From an uncultured Gemmatimonadales bacterium (GTDB lineage Bacteria; Gemmatimonadota; Gemmatimonadetes; Longimicrobiales; RSA9), in the NCBI GenBank assembly GCA_963798085.1, contig CAWCRS010000003.1:1036690-1100689 (forward strand): 64,000 nucleotides of DNA. Direction: 5' to 3'. Position 1 is the stretch's first letter; each line of letters opens with the position of its first letter. The notes below the pieces were generated by a model that did not search any database, was not told the DNA's origin, and saw only the letters and a list, made by a program, of their open reading frames with translations. The position numbers and the translations under genes are program-made. Below are positions 12,117 through 23,085 of the stretch, in pieces.

Positions 12117-13310
12117 TCAGCGCCTCACGAGGGGGTACAGCGCGACGACCTCACGATCCACGTCATCCTGGGTCACGCCGAGGATGTAATCGGCTCCGAT
12201 CTCGAGGATGCGGAGAGCGGGCGTGTGCACGCGGCCGAGCGGCTCTCCGGCCGCCGAGAGGACTTCCCAGATGAGGCGAGCCGCATCGGCAGGATCCTCG
12301 CGGCCGACCCACACTCTGTTCAGCCGATCCACCTGCAGGGCGGCGAAAGCCGGATGCGTCGGGCGATTCGGCAACTCGGCATAGAATCGCTCCCACATCT
12401 GCGCGCGCTCACCGCTTCCCATGCGACGCAGGTGGTCCTGTTTCCACGCGCGCAGCTCGGCATCGGTGGTGGCGGGTGCGGGAGCGCGCGAACGGATGAT
12501 CGTCGTGCGCCGGCCGGTCGCGTCGAAGGTGGACACCTGCCACGTGTCGCTGGCGCCAATGACAATCGTGTTCGCAGCCGCGGAAGCGAAGACATTGCGC
12601 CCGAAGGGAATTTCCGAGCGCAGCGCCGCGTCGCCGACGCGGCCGAAGTACTGCTCGCTGCCCGGGAACGCGGCGATGGAGTCGAGGCGGGCACCCCCAC
12701 GATCGAACAGGAAGTAGGGCACCGTGTCGCGCCGCTCACCGCGCGTGAAGATGCGATTGAAGCCCGGGACCACGAGCAGGGTCCCGTTGTCCAGCGTACC
12801 GACCGGCTCGGGGTATCCGGCATCGGGACTGGGCGGCTGCATGACGGACGCCCCCGACAGCTGTCCGTCGCCATTGAAGCGCGAGAGGCGGCGCGTCATG
12901 ACGTCGTAGACGAGGCTGGTATCGCCGGGCAGAACCTGCAGCGAGAACATGCCGCGGAATTCACCCGGTCCGCTGCCCGAGCGGCCGGTCGTCAGCGCGA
13001 GTGTGCCATCCGGCCGGAAGAAGCGCAGCTCGCCGCTCGTGCCATTGCCCAGCACCACGCGCCCGTCGGAGAGCACGCCGCCGCCGCGCACGCCGAACAG
13101 GTCGTGCCCGGGCCGCGCGTCCTGCCCACCGATCGTGAGGCGAGGCGAAGCGCCCAGGGTCCAGTCGGGAAGCGGCAGTGTCGCGATGTTCTCGATCTCG
13201 ACGATGCGCACCCCGGCACTGTCGCGCGTGACCGGCCCTGCGGAGGGTCTGGCTGTTTCGCCGCACGCCGCGAGCGAGAGCACGACCACGAGCACACCGG
13301 GCATTCGCAT
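12117..13310 (-). CDS. 6-bladed beta-propeller lipoprotein
   Basis: Likely start MRMPGVLVVVLSLAAC (lipobox); RDSAGVRIVE, GRSGSGPGEF, LQVDRLNRVWV motifs. Confidence 0.8.
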   Translation of the reverse strand: MRMPGVLVVVLSLAACGETARPSAGPVTRDSAGVRIVEIENIATLPLPDWTLGASPRLTIGGQDARPGHDLFGVRGGGVLSDGRVVLGNGTSGELRFFRPDGTLALTTGRSGSGPGEFRGMFSLQVLPGDTSLVYDVMTRRLSRFNGDGQLSGASVMQPPSPDAGYPEPVGTLDNGTLLVVPGFNRIFTRGERRDTVPYFLFDRGGARLDSIAAFPGSEQYFGRVGDAALRSEIPFGRNVFASAAANTIVIGASDTWQVSTFDATGRRTTIIRSRAPAPATTDAELRAWKQDHLRRMGSGERAQMWERFYAELPNRPTHPAFAALQVDRLNRVWVGREDPADAARLIWEVLSAAGEPLGRVHTPALRILEIGADYILGVTQDDVDREVVALYPLVRR

Positions 13311-13713
13311 GGTTCGCGTATCGATTGCGCGTTTCACACCGGCCGCCATTTCTCTCGCGCACGGCATGGTAGTCGAACGACGGCACCGAAGGGCGCGCGC
13401 TCGCGGACGCGTGTCATGATCTGCATCGCTGCGTGCCAGCCTCCAGATCAGGTGCATTCGCCGGAGATTACGTGAGCAACTGTGACCCGGGTTTCGCCGA
13501 GCCAACCGCGCCGACATTAGGACAACGCCCGCATCTCGCGCGTTGCTGTCACGAAGAAGGGCTTCGCGTTGATCAAGGCCCAGACTTCCCGTGAAACCCG
13601 ATCCACTCCGTATCCCGGCCCGGTCCCGAACACCCTGGACTGGTACGCTCGGACCGTGCTGGCAAGTGGTCGGACCGACCCGGGCAATGGGCTGACCGAC
13701 GTGGGCAAGTGGC

Positions 13714-13854
13714 CGGACCGTCTTGGCGTTCTTTCCTTTCGACCGCACAGGAAATCGGCATGACACATTGTCGCATGAAAAGCGTCAATTGATATCTGAG
13801 CGGGTCTACTGCATGGGTGGACCGGCCGGAACGCAAGAACGCCAACCCGGTCCG
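13714..13854. repeat. palindromic intergenic element, copy 2
   Basis: CGGACCGTCTTGGCGTTCTT ... AAGAACGCCAACCCGGTCCG. Confidence 0.85.
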
Positions 13855-13985
13855 ATACGATATGTCGATGCGTTCAGCATCGGACCGGGCTCTCATTCTG
13901 CGATGCGACTCGCCCAAGGACTTGTGGGCCGCGCCAGCTTCCGGGCCTGAGCTTCCGGACTGCACTGAATCTCCGGATCCTGCCT

Positions 13986-14410
13986 TGCCGGACTGCTCTG
14001 AACTTCCGGACCTGAACAGCGGGACTGCTCTGAACCTCCGGACCGTGTTGGCATTCTTGCGTTACGGGTCGATCGGCCATGCCCTCGACCCATCATCGCA
14101 TGCGAAATGGTCAATCGATACGTCAGCGGGCCGTGAGCATGGGCGGGTGCGCCGAAAGGAAAGAATGCCAAACTGGTCCGGAAGCGCATGCCGGGTCCAG
14201 TCCAAAGAGCCGAGCTGCCGGACTGCTCTGAACTTGCGGACCTGAACAGCGGGACTGCTCTGAACCTCCGGACCGTGTTGGCATTCTTGCGTTACGGGTC
14301 GATCGGCCATGCCCTCGACCCATCATCGCATGCGAAACGGTCAATCGATACGTCAGCGGGCCGTGAGCATGGGCGGGTGCGCCGAAAGGAAAGAATGCCA
14401 AGCTGGTCCG
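13986..14410. repeat. 230-bp-period tandem duplication carrying palindromic element copies 3 (14038-14181) and 4 (14268-14410)
   Basis: 13986-14180 nearly identical to 14216-14410; each holds CCGGACCGTGTTGGCATTCTT ... AAGAATGCCAA(A/G)CTGGTCCG. Confidence 0.92.
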
Positions 14411-14489
14411 ACAGGGTCCAATGTGAAAGTGTCGTAAAGCCGGGACGGCGTCCGTTGCCGCTCGGGCTGCCCGGACATAGGGTCGGTGG

Positions 14490-16427
14490 ATGACTCCAGT
14501 GCGGATGGGTCCGGGCGACCGTGCCCGGCAGGGTCGGCTGATCGGTTTCGTGGCGCCGCTCGTGCTGGTGGTGGTCTTTGCGGCGGCGCTCGCGTTCCAG
14601 GCGCTGGATGCGACGCGCTCGCACCGCGAGGCGGTGGCGCATACGCTGCGCGACTACGCTGGCTTCGCGGCGTTCATCGTGACGAACGCGGCGCGCCAGG
14701 AGCTGGAGCGACGGCTCACGTACGCGTTCAGTCCCATCTTCCGCTATCAGCCGGAGTCGGGCGAGCCGCTGCCACCGGCCTCGGCGCTGGGCCAGGAGCG
14801 CGTGGAAGCGCAGCGTTGTGCGACGGCGGGTGTGCCCGATCCGACCTACTATCGCCTGGATCTTTCGAACAATTCATTAACCACAGCCGGGCCGGCGCCT
14901 TCCGCCAGCACGCTGCAATGGCTGGCGGACACGCTGCGGGTCGCAGCGCCCGCGTTCCACGGCGATTGGGCGTTCGCACACATCTTCGGCGATGCGCACG
15001 CGGCGGCGCTCATCGCCTACCGCGTGCTGCACGACTCCGCCGGGCACGCGCTGGCGGTGTACGCCAAGACCAGCTGCTTCGCGCTGCCGCGGCAGTCGCT
15101 TTTCGCGGCGGCGCTGCAGGCGGGACCGGCACTGCCTCCGTTTCTAACGGGCGGGCTGGCTAACGATTCATTGCTATCCGTGCGCGTGACCGATCCGCAC
15201 GGAGACTCCATCTGGGCATCCTCCCCGCAATACCAGGGCGGGCCCTCGGGCGAGGCAGGTTCGGCGTGGCCGCAGTCGGGTGGGCTGCGGCTGGCTGTGA
15301 CCATCCGGCCCGACATCGCCAAACAGCTGGTTATCGGCGGCATGCCGCCGTCGCGGCTGCCCATGGCGGTGCTGCTGCTGGCGCTCAGCATTCTGTTTGC
15401 AGGCTACGCGGTATTGCAGTTGCGCCGGGAGCAGGAGCTGCTGCGGCTGCGTGAGCAGTTCGTGTCCAACGTCTCGCACGAGTTGCGCACGCCGCTGCAG
15501 CAGATCCTCATGTTCGCCGAGCTGCTGAACATGGACGCCCTGCCCTCCGATGCGGAGCGCAGGCACTCAATGCAGGTAGTGGAGAGGGAGACGCGTCGTC
15601 TCATCCAGCTGGTGGAGAATGTGCTCCAGTTTTCGCGCGCGACGCAGGGCGAGGACACACTGTCCGAGCAGGTGGTGGCGCTCGAGCCGCTGGCGAGGGA
15701 GACCCTGCAGGCGTTCGCGCCACTGGCCCGTGCGGGCAATGCGCGGCTCACACTGCGCATCGAGCGCGACCACTCCCGGCGAGACAACCGCACTAACGAT
15801 TGCGTTAGAGACATTCCGATGACAGTGACGCTGCGCGACAGCGACGCTGCGGGGCACGACGCAGCTCGATCCGCGACCGTGAACAAACAGCAGGTTGCCG
15901 CGGATCACGGCGCTGAACAGGCGGCAGCCGGAGGAGGCGCCGAGGCGGAATCGTCGCCTGCCAGATTCGTTGCCGGGCGTGAGGCCTCGAGCCCGCGAAG
16001 TGATCAGGCGGGATCCGCCGCGGACCAGGACACCGCGGCTCTGGTGGCAGCGGGCCCGTTCGCGATTGCCGATGCAGCGGCCTTGCGACGCGTGCTGCTA
16101 AATCTGCTGGACAATGCGGTGAAGTACGGACCTGCGAATCAGACCGTAACGGTAACGCTGACAGCGAATGCCGAGCACGCGACACTGATTGTTGATGACG
16201 AAGGTCCGGGAATCCCGGCGTCCGAGCGCGAGCGCGTGTGGCAGGCGTTCCAGCGGCTGGCGCGCGAGGAAGGCGCGGCCATTGCCGGCAGCGGCATGGG
16301 CCTGGCCATTGTGCACGACCTGGTGCAGCGCATGGGCGGCGCGGCGCGCATTGAGCAGGCACCCGCAGGCGGGGCGCGTTTCATTGTCGAGCTGCGAGCG
16401 GCAGCCGGCGGCGGTGCAACGCCATGA
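14490..16427 (+). CDS. sensor histidine kinase
   Basis: Two TM segments, H-box FVSNVSHELRTPL, N-box LLNLLDNAVKY, G1 DEGPGI, G2 GSGMGLAIV. Confidence 0.93.
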   Translation: MTPVRMGPGDRARQGRLIGFVAPLVLVVVFAAALAFQALDATRSHREAVAHTLRDYAGFAAFIVTNAARQELERRLTYAFSPIFRYQPESGEPLPPASALGQERVEAQRCATAGVPDPTYYRLDLSNNSLTTAGPAPSASTLQWLADTLRVAAPAFHGDWAFAHIFGDAHAAALIAYRVLHDSAGHALAVYAKTSCFALPRQSLFAAALQAGPALPPFLTGGLANDSLLSVRVTDPHGDSIWASSPQYQGGPSGEAGSAWPQSGGLRLAVTIRPDIAKQLVIGGMPPSRLPMAVLLLALSILFAGYAVLQLRREQELLRLREQFVSNVSHELRTPLQQILMFAELLNMDALPSDAERRHSMQVVERETRRLIQLVENVLQFSRATQGEDTLSEQVVALEPLARETLQAFAPLARAGNARLTLRIERDHSRRDNRTNDCVRDIPMTVTLRDSDAAGHDAARSATVNKQQVAADHGAEQAAAGGGAEAESSPARFVAGREASSPRSDQAGSAADQDTAALVAAGPFAIADAAALRRVLLNLLDNAVKYGPANQTVTVTLTANAEHATLIVDDEGPGIPASERERVWQAFQRLAREEGAAIAGSGMGLAIVHDLVQRMGGAARIEQAPAGGARFIVELRAAAGGGATP

Positions 16428-17155
16428 GCGTGCGCATTCTGCTCATCGAAGACAACGCCGATCTCGCACTCGGGCTGCGTCGCAGCCTGGAGCTGGAGGG
16501 CTACGATGTGCACGTGTCGCCCGAGGGCGGGGGCGCGCTCGAGCGGTTGCGGCGCGAGGCGTGGGACCTCGTCGTGCTCGATCTGATGCTGCCGGGAATC
16601 AGCGGGTTCCAGGTGTTGCGCGCCATGCGTGCCGAAGGCAACGAGACGCCGGTGCTGATCCTCAGTGCCCGTGGCGAAGAAGCCGACAAGGTACAAGGCT
16701 TCCGCCTGGGCGCGGACAACTACGCGGTCAAGCCTATCGGCGTGTTAGAGCTGCTGGCGCGCGTGGAAGCCATGCTGCGCCGCGCGCGCCTGGCAGAAGC
16801 GAGCCAGCCCGTGAGGCAGGTATTCCGCTTCGGCGATGTGCGCGTCGACACCGGCACGCGTTCCGTGCAGCGCGACGGTGCACTGCTCGAGCTGAGTCCC
16901 AAGGAGTTCGACCTGCTGCTCTACCTGCTGCGCAGTGGTGGCGTGGTCGTGAGCCGCGGCGAGCTGCTGCGCGAGGTGTGGGGCTACAAGCGCGCCGTGC
17001 CCACGCGGACGGTCGACGCGCACATCGCGCTGCTGCGCGGCAAGCTGGAAGCCGACCCATCCCGCCCGAAGTACCTGCTGACCGCACGCAAGGCCGGCTA
17101 CCGGCTGGACGTTTCCGCCGCCCAGACTGACAGCACGTTGCGGCTCCCGGGCTGA
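16424..17155 (+). CDS. OmpR-family response regulator
   Basis: ILLIEDN, LDLMLPG, GADNYAVKP, winged helix TRTVDAHIALLRGKLE; ATGA overlap with kinase. Confidence 0.94.
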   Translation: MSVRILLIEDNADLALGLRRSLELEGYDVHVSPEGGGALERLRREAWDLVVLDLMLPGISGFQVLRAMRAEGNETPVLILSARGEEADKVQGFRLGADNYAVKPIGVLELLARVEAMLRRARLAEASQPVRQVFRFGDVRVDTGTRSVQRDGALLELSPKEFDLLLYLLRSGGVVVSRGELLREVWGYKRAVPTRTVDAHIALLRGKLEADPSRPKYLLTARKAGYRLDVSAAQTDSTLRLPG

Positions 17156-17220
17156 CAGGTTACACCGGACCGGGACGTTCGCTGCACCCGGTTCGTGTGG
17201 TGTGGTTTGGCCAGCTTTCG

Positions 17221-17364
17221 TCGGACCGTCCTGGCATTCTTGGGTTCCGGCCGCAACGGCAATGGTCGCGACCCAGACACGCATGAATTGTGGTCAATCG
17301 ATACGTGCCTGATGTGCCGGCATTGGTGCCTGGGACGAAACGAAAGAATGCCAAGACGGTCCGA
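17221..17364. repeat. palindromic intergenic element, copy 5
   Basis: TCGGACCGTCCTGGCATTCTT ... AAGAATGCCAAGACGGTCCGA. Confidence 0.88.
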
Positions 17365-17544
17365 AAGCGATCCCCCCAACCCCGGGCGCAGCGCCGTCGC
17401 CGAGCCCGCGCCTCGGGCAAGGCACAGGTGGCAGGCCCGTGCCCAAGCCCGGCGGGGTGCCCGGCGCCTACCCCGGTCCGGCGCGGTCGCCGAGCCCGTG
17501 CCGCGCCATTCGACATCGCCAGGCCAGCCGCACTTCATCAGCGG

Positions 17545-17690
17545 ATCGGACCGTCCTGGCATTCTTGGGTTCCGGCCGCTACCGCCATGGCGGTGACCCG
17601 CGCAGGTATGAAAAGTGGTCAATCAATGCCTGGCTGCGCCGTCGGCATATGCGCGCGTGACGGAAGGAAAGAATGCCAAGACGGTCCGAT
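17545..17690. repeat. palindromic intergenic element, copy 6
   Basis: ATCGGACCGTCCTGGCATTCTT ... AAGAATGCCAAGACGGTCCGAT. Confidence 0.88.
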
Positions 17691-18686
17691 AGAGTCCTTC
17701 CCACCCCTCCGCTTCTTCAGTTCCGCAATCTTCTGCGCGGCGTTGGTGCTGGAGGGATCGAGCTGCAGCGCGTGCTGGTAGCTGGCAATCGCCAGATCGA
17801 CCTTGCCATTCGCGGCATAGCCCTCGCCCAGCGAATCCCACGTGTTGGCAAGCTGCGGGAACGCCTCTGTAGCCAGCTTGAACACTTCAATGGCAACGGC
17901 CGGCGTGCGCCCACCGAGGAACTGATAGCCAATGTCGTTGAGCAGCCCTGCGCCCACAGGCGGTGCGCCATACTGTTTCTGCAGCTCGGCGTAGCGGCGA
18001 CGGCCCGCTGCCGGATCCTGGCGGAAGAGCGCCATCAGGATCTGCGTGGCGTGCTGCTGTTTGGCAAACACTGAGTTGGGATTCATCTCGACGTTGAGCG
18101 CGTAGAGGCGTTCGGCATCATCCATGCGCCCCTGGCGCAGGAGCTGGGTCGCGACATTGACGAGCGGCACTTCGCCGAAGTCGTACGTGAAGCGACCGTA
18201 ATAGCGGGATCGCAGGTTGTTGTAGGTGCTGAGGGTGGAGTCAATGCCGCCGGCCCGCCATGCAGCCAGCAGCACATCCTGGATCATGCGCGGCTGCGTG
18301 GTGCCGCGGTGGCAGGTGGCGCACTCGACGGCGAGGGGCGGCGTGATGCGGGACTCGAGCGACTGCAAGGCTGTGTCATTGATGACGGCCAGCATGCGCA
18401 GCATGGTGCGAGCCTTGCGCTTGGGCAGTTTCTCATCGGACGCGAAGTCGTACGTCTCCAGCGGCTTGCTTTCTTCGCCCACATGGCAGTACGTGCAGCG
18501 CACGCCCAGCGCGCGGGTGAAGCTGGCCATCAGGGGCACCAGGGAATCCGCGCGGATGTTGCGGGGCAGCACCTTGAGGTTGGTGAAGGAGTCGGGCGGA
18601 AACTGCGCGGCGGCAGGTCGCGGCAGGAGCGGCAGCAGCGCCAGGGCAGCGACTAACGGGCGGTTAAACAGACGCAGCACGGTCAC
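17619..18686 (-). CDS. secreted diheme c-type cytochrome with C-terminal TPRs
   Basis: GTG start after GGAGG; signal peptide; CTYCH and CATCH motifs; TPR ANTWDSLGEGY...YQHALQLDP. Confidence 0.85.
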   Translation of the reverse strand: MTVLRLFNRPLVAALALLPLLPRPAAAQFPPDSFTNLKVLPRNIRADSLVPLMASFTRALGVRCTYCHVGEESKPLETYDFASDEKLPKRKARTMLRMLAVINDTALQSLESRITPPLAVECATCHRGTTQPRMIQDVLLAAWRAGGIDSTLSTYNNLRSRYYGRFTYDFGEVPLVNVATQLLRQGRMDDAERLYALNVEMNPNSVFAKQQHATQILMALFRQDPAAGRRRYAELQKQYGAPPVGAGLLNDIGYQFLGGRTPAVAIEVFKLATEAFPQLANTWDSLGEGYAANGKVDLAIASYQHALQLDPSSTNAAQKIAELKKRRGGKDSIGPSWHSFLPSRAHMPTAQPGID

Positions 18687-18999
18687 GGAGGCCTCCGGTT
18701 GAGTTGCCTCCGACAGTAACACGCCGCCGGGGCAGGCAGCGTCAAACCGGCGTCCGGGATTCGTCAAGGATTCGTGAACTCGCCGGGAACATTGCCCGCC
18801 GGGCAACCGGTGCGTTCGCGCGGATGTCAGCCGTTCGGCGATTCTGCCCATGGGCGGTGCTGCGTAATGGCGCCGGGTGTCGGGCGCCCGGGCGGGAGGT
18901 CCCACCGGGTGACTCGCAGTGGCGGTGGACGCGGGATCGTCCAGCTTGACGGACCAGAGGGGTCGACAAACCGCGCAGGGCGCGGAGGAGCGTCGTTGC

Positions 19000-19497
19000 A
19001 TGGAATCCGGATCGATGGAGAAGCGGGAGCTGCTGCGCCACACGGTAGCGACGGTGGCGTACCGGGGGGCGAAGGCGGTACGCGGTGCGCCGCCCGCGTT
19101 CGCTGCATTCGGCGGCGGCACCGGGGGTGGCGGCACGCGCACACCTGCGCAGATCCTGGCGCACGTAGGCGATCTGTTCGACTGGGCGCTGAGCCTGGCG
19201 CTGGGAGCACAGGCGTGGCAGGACTCGACGCCGCTGGCGTGGGACGATGAAGTCGCGCGCTTTTTCGCGAGTGTCGCACGTTTCGATCAGCGGCTCGCGT
19301 TGGCTGAACCGCTGGCATGCCCGGAAGAGAAACTGTTCCAGGGACCGATTGCCGATGCCTTGTCACACATCGGGCAGATGGCGCTGCTGCGGCGCATGGC
19401 GGGCGCGCCGATTCGCGGCGAAAACTACTTCCGTGCGGACATCGTCGCCGGGCGGGTCGGCCCGGAGCAGACGGCGCCGCGACGCGAGTTCAATTGA
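19000..19497 (+). CDS. DinB-like four-helix-bundle protein
   Basis: RHTVATVAYR, QILAHVGD, DALSHIGQMALLRRMAG; GGAGGA RBS. Confidence 0.8.
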   Translation: MESGSMEKRELLRHTVATVAYRGAKAVRGAPPAFAAFGGGTGGGGTRTPAQILAHVGDLFDWALSLALGAQAWQDSTPLAWDDEVARFFASVARFDQRLALAEPLACPEEKLFQGPIADALSHIGQMALLRRMAGAPIRGENYFRADIVAGRVGPEQTAPRREFN

Positions 19498-19669
19498 CGG
19501 ATCCGGCGGCCACCGCTGGCCTGATGCGGCTGCGTCCGGAAGCAGGACCTTCCGCTCCTTGCGCACGTTCGGCACACGCTGCGAGTGCTTCGTGCGAAAA
19601 AGCCAGCCCGGCGCGCATCGCGCCAGGGCTGGCAGGTGCGGGTCCTGCCTGTTGGGGCGACGGGCGTCC

Positions 19670-19990
19670 CTAACGCATCGTTACCATCAACGCCAGCGCA
19701 ATGATGGCGGCCGCGCCCAGCGCCGCGACCCACGCCAGTGGGCGCGCGTAGAAGGGACGCAGCTCCTTCTGCACGTCCGCCATGCGATCCGCATTGAGGG
19801 CAATCGCCAGCCGGCCCTCGCCGTCCTTCGTGCCGTTGATCAGGCGCTGCTGCAGCAGCGAGTTGACCGCGGCCTGATACTGGGAAGGTCTGGCGTCGAA
19901 TCCCGAAATGGTGCCGGGACGCGTGTAGCCGCCGGAGCCCTGCTGCTGGCGGCGATTCAGTTCGCGGAGGATCGTCCTGCGTGCTGACAT
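19670..19990 (-). CDS. hypothetical protein with C-terminal TM helix
   Basis: 106 aa with protein-like composition and hydrophobic tail. Confidence 0.6.
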   Translation of the reverse strand: MSARRTILRELNRRQQQGSGGYTRPGTISGFDARPSQYQAAVNSLLQQRLINGTKDGEGRLAIALNADRMADVQKELRPFYARPLAWVAALGAAAIIALALMVTMR

Positions 19991-20519
19991 CCGATATGCT
20001 CGGTTCGTGTGAGTACCGACAGCAAAGCGACCGCCGGGTCCCCGGCTTTACGGCCGCAAGCCCCCGGCGGTTCCATTCCGGGCCCGACATGTACCCCGGA
20101 ATTGGACGGTCTACCCCGCCCGAAGGTTGCAGGACGGCACCAAGTCCCCAGGGCCGGACAGGCCGAGGGCTGTGGCCGCGAGCCAACTCGCTCAGTGGGT
20201 CGCCGTCAGTGCGCAGGCCTCGCCACCGCATCCCGGGGCATTCGGCCCAGGCGACAGCGGGTGCCCGACGCTGGGCTGTGGTACCGCCGCCACGACTGGA
20301 GACACACTCCAGCCAACAAGAGCGGGACTATCCGGTTGCCACCGCCCGCAACGCTGCCGTTTCCCTCTGCGCGCCCAGCCTGCCCGTTTCTGTCGCAGGC
20401 GATCGCGATGACGGCACATCGCATGCAACGCCACTATCGATTTTGGCCGGGTCTCTGGCCAACAGCCCTCCCGACGGTTCCTGGCAACGCAGCTCCCCCC
20501 CAAACCGCGGAGGCCCCTA

Positions 20520-21187
20520 TGCGTATCCCGTCCCGTCCAACCCTGCCCTTGATGTCGATTGGCTTGATCGCGGTCCTGGCCGCCTGTTCACAGGACACGC
20601 CCACAGCGCCAGCTGCCGATGCCGGTGCAGGGCCAGCATTCGCGAGAACTGCGTCCTCTTCAGCGCTACCCAGCGGAGAGCGCATTGTCGGCCGTACCGC
20701 CATTGAACCGGCATACAACGCCGACACGGGCGAGATCATCGATCTGATCACGCCCGAGAAGTCGCCTTTCCCGACCAAGGCGAACGCTCACGCCGTGTCG
20801 CCTCTCTACCTTGTCGAGTATCCACCGGGATGAAATGTGAGCGGATTCAACTGCGCGGGCGTCCCCGGCAACTGCCCGGATCATGACGGACTCGTTGCCA
20901 GCGTCGCGACCGGAGCGATGCCGTCGGTTTACGGTACGGATCCGACGGCAGTGCCGGGCCACGACCACATCGTGGGTCCGCCCGGTGGCGCCGACTTCGA
21001 CGTGGCCTGGGAGGTGGTGGAAGTTGCGTTCACCAACGCGGCAGCGGCGAACGAGCACCTGACCACCGATACCCAGATCGCAGCCGCCGTAGCCCGCGGC
21101 GATGCCATCGAGATCGACCTCGGGTTCGCGTTCACGTGTGCCGTCGTACCCGAGGCAGTGTATCGCCGGGGCATTCCCGTAAGTTGA
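20520..21187 (+). CDS. hypothetical lipoprotein interrupted by an in-frame TGA at 20831-20833
   Basis: GGAGG RBS, MRIPS...IAVLAAC lipobox; ORFs ending 20833 and starting 20837 are in the same frame. Confidence 0.65.
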
Positions 21188-21377
21188 TGGCGGTGCCGGA
21201 CGGCATGGACTGGACACTGAAGCAAGAGATGTAAGAACAGGGGGCCGTCGCGTAAGGCCGCGGCGGTCCCCTGTTTCATCGCGACGCCGAACGGGACGCC
21301 CCGACCGGAACGCGAACACGCCCGCCGCAACGGGCCATGGCAGTGCCCCCGCGCACGCGTCATTCCTCCGTGTTAGA

Positions 21378-23055
21378 ATGGGCACGTCATGGAAAGCACG
21401 AGCGAATGCTGGACCGCCGCGCGCGGATCGGCCTGCGGGCGTCTCGCGTGAAGCGGACGGGTTGACAGTGCAGGCTTCGTTGTTCGAAGGCGACGCCGCA
21501 GCGTCACCCACGCCGCGCGCACTGCTGCGGAGCGTCTTCGGTTACGCGGAGTTCCGGCCCGGCCAGCTCGAAGTGATAGAAGCCGTACTCGCGGGTCGCG
21601 ACTGCATTGCGATCATGCCGACGGGCGCGGGCAAGTCGCTGACATTCCAGATCCCGGCGCGGCTGCTGCCCGGTACAGTGCTCGTCGTCTCACCGCTGAT
21701 CTCGCTCATGAAGGACCAGGTCGACGCGCTCGAGTCGCTCGGCTTCCGCGCGACCGCCATCAATTCCACGCTCGATTTCGCGGAGCGTCGCCGGCGGCTG
21801 GCTGAGGCTGAGAGCGGGCCGCTACGAGCTGGTGTATCTGGCGCCCGAGGCGCTGGACGGCTGGCTGCGCGAGGCCATCCGGGGCTGGCCACTGTCCCTG
21901 ATCGTCGTGGACGAGGCGCACTGCATCAGCCAGTGGGGGCACGACTTCCGACCGTCGTACCGGCGGCTGCTGGGGCTCCGTGAGGAGCTGGATGGCGTAC
22001 CCGTGCTGGCACTCACCGCCACGGCCACGCGGCGGGTCGCGCGCGACATCATCGGGCAGCTGGGCATGGTGCGTCCGAGCGGTTACAAGGGCTCGTTCTT
22101 CCGGCCCAACCTGCGCGTCTGGTGTCGTCGCAAGGGCGAGGGGGAGACGCGCAAGGAAATCCTGGGGCTTCTCCGTTCGCGCGCAGGCGAGAGCGGGATC
22201 GTGTACTGCCTGTCGCGGCGGACCGTCGATCAGACCACGGAGTTCCTGCGTCGTCAGGGCATTCGCGCGCTGCCCTATCACGCGGGCCTGCCGGATGCGG
22301 AGCGCGCCGCGAACCAGGACGCGTTCGCCCGTGATGACGCGGCGGTCATCGTCGCCACGATTGCCTTCGGCATGGGCATCGACAAGTCGAATGTGCGATT
22401 CGTCATCCACCGTGACATGCCGAAGGACATCGAGTCCTGGTACCAGGAAATGGGGCGCGCGGGCCGTGACGGCCTCGACAGCGACTGCTTCCTCTTCTAT
22501 TCGTGGGCCGACGTGAAGCAGCACGAGCGGTTCCTCGACGATGCGAGCGACGCGGTGCAGGCGAGACTGAAGCGCGAGGCGACGAGCCGGCTGTACCGCA
22601 TGGTCGAGGCCGGCGAGTGCCGCCATCAGTCGATCCTCAGTTACTTCGATGAAACGATCGAGGCGTGCGGCACGTCGTGCGATGTGTGCCGGGGCGAAAG
22701 CGCCGCCGAGCTGGCGGCAGCCGGCATGATGGCCGGGCGCGGCCGCGCGGCGCGTCCGGCGCGCGCGTCGAACAGCGCCACGGCTGCTCGCATCGGCGTG
22801 GACCCGGCGGAGCTGGCGCCGGCCGATGCGCTCTTCACGCGGCTGCGTGCGCTGCGCAAGCAGCTGGCGGACGCGCGCAGTGTGCCGGCGTACATCGTCT
22901 TCAGCGACGGGACGTTGCGCGCCATGGCCGAGGCGTGTCCAACATCGGCGGCTGCGCTGCTGGAAGTGCCGGGCGTGGGTCCGGCCAAGCTGGAGCGCTA
23001 CGGCGAGGCGTTTCTGGCGGCGTGTCGCGAAGCGCGCGACTATACTGGTAACTGA
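21378..23055 (+). CDS. recQ: RecQ-family ATP-dependent DNA helicase, frameshift near 21805
   Basis: [62 protein letters not shown], Zn-binding Cys, HRDC domain; start codon uncertain. Confidence 0.9.
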
Positions 23056-23085
23056 ACGTCATCGCGTATCGAACCGGGAGTCGGG

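Noticed and set aside
13640..14410. CRISPR array
   Set aside because: Repeats are inverted pairs or whole-block duplications with identical interiors, not direct repeats with unique spacers; no cas genes.
15793..15808. CTAACG-ATTG-CGTTAG mini-hairpin resembling attC boxes
   Set aside because: Far too short, no L boxes, inside a CDS.
17619..18686. Photosynthetic reaction-centre cytochrome implying phototrophy
   Set aside because: Only two CxxCH motifs, TPR fusion and no puf/bch genes nearby.
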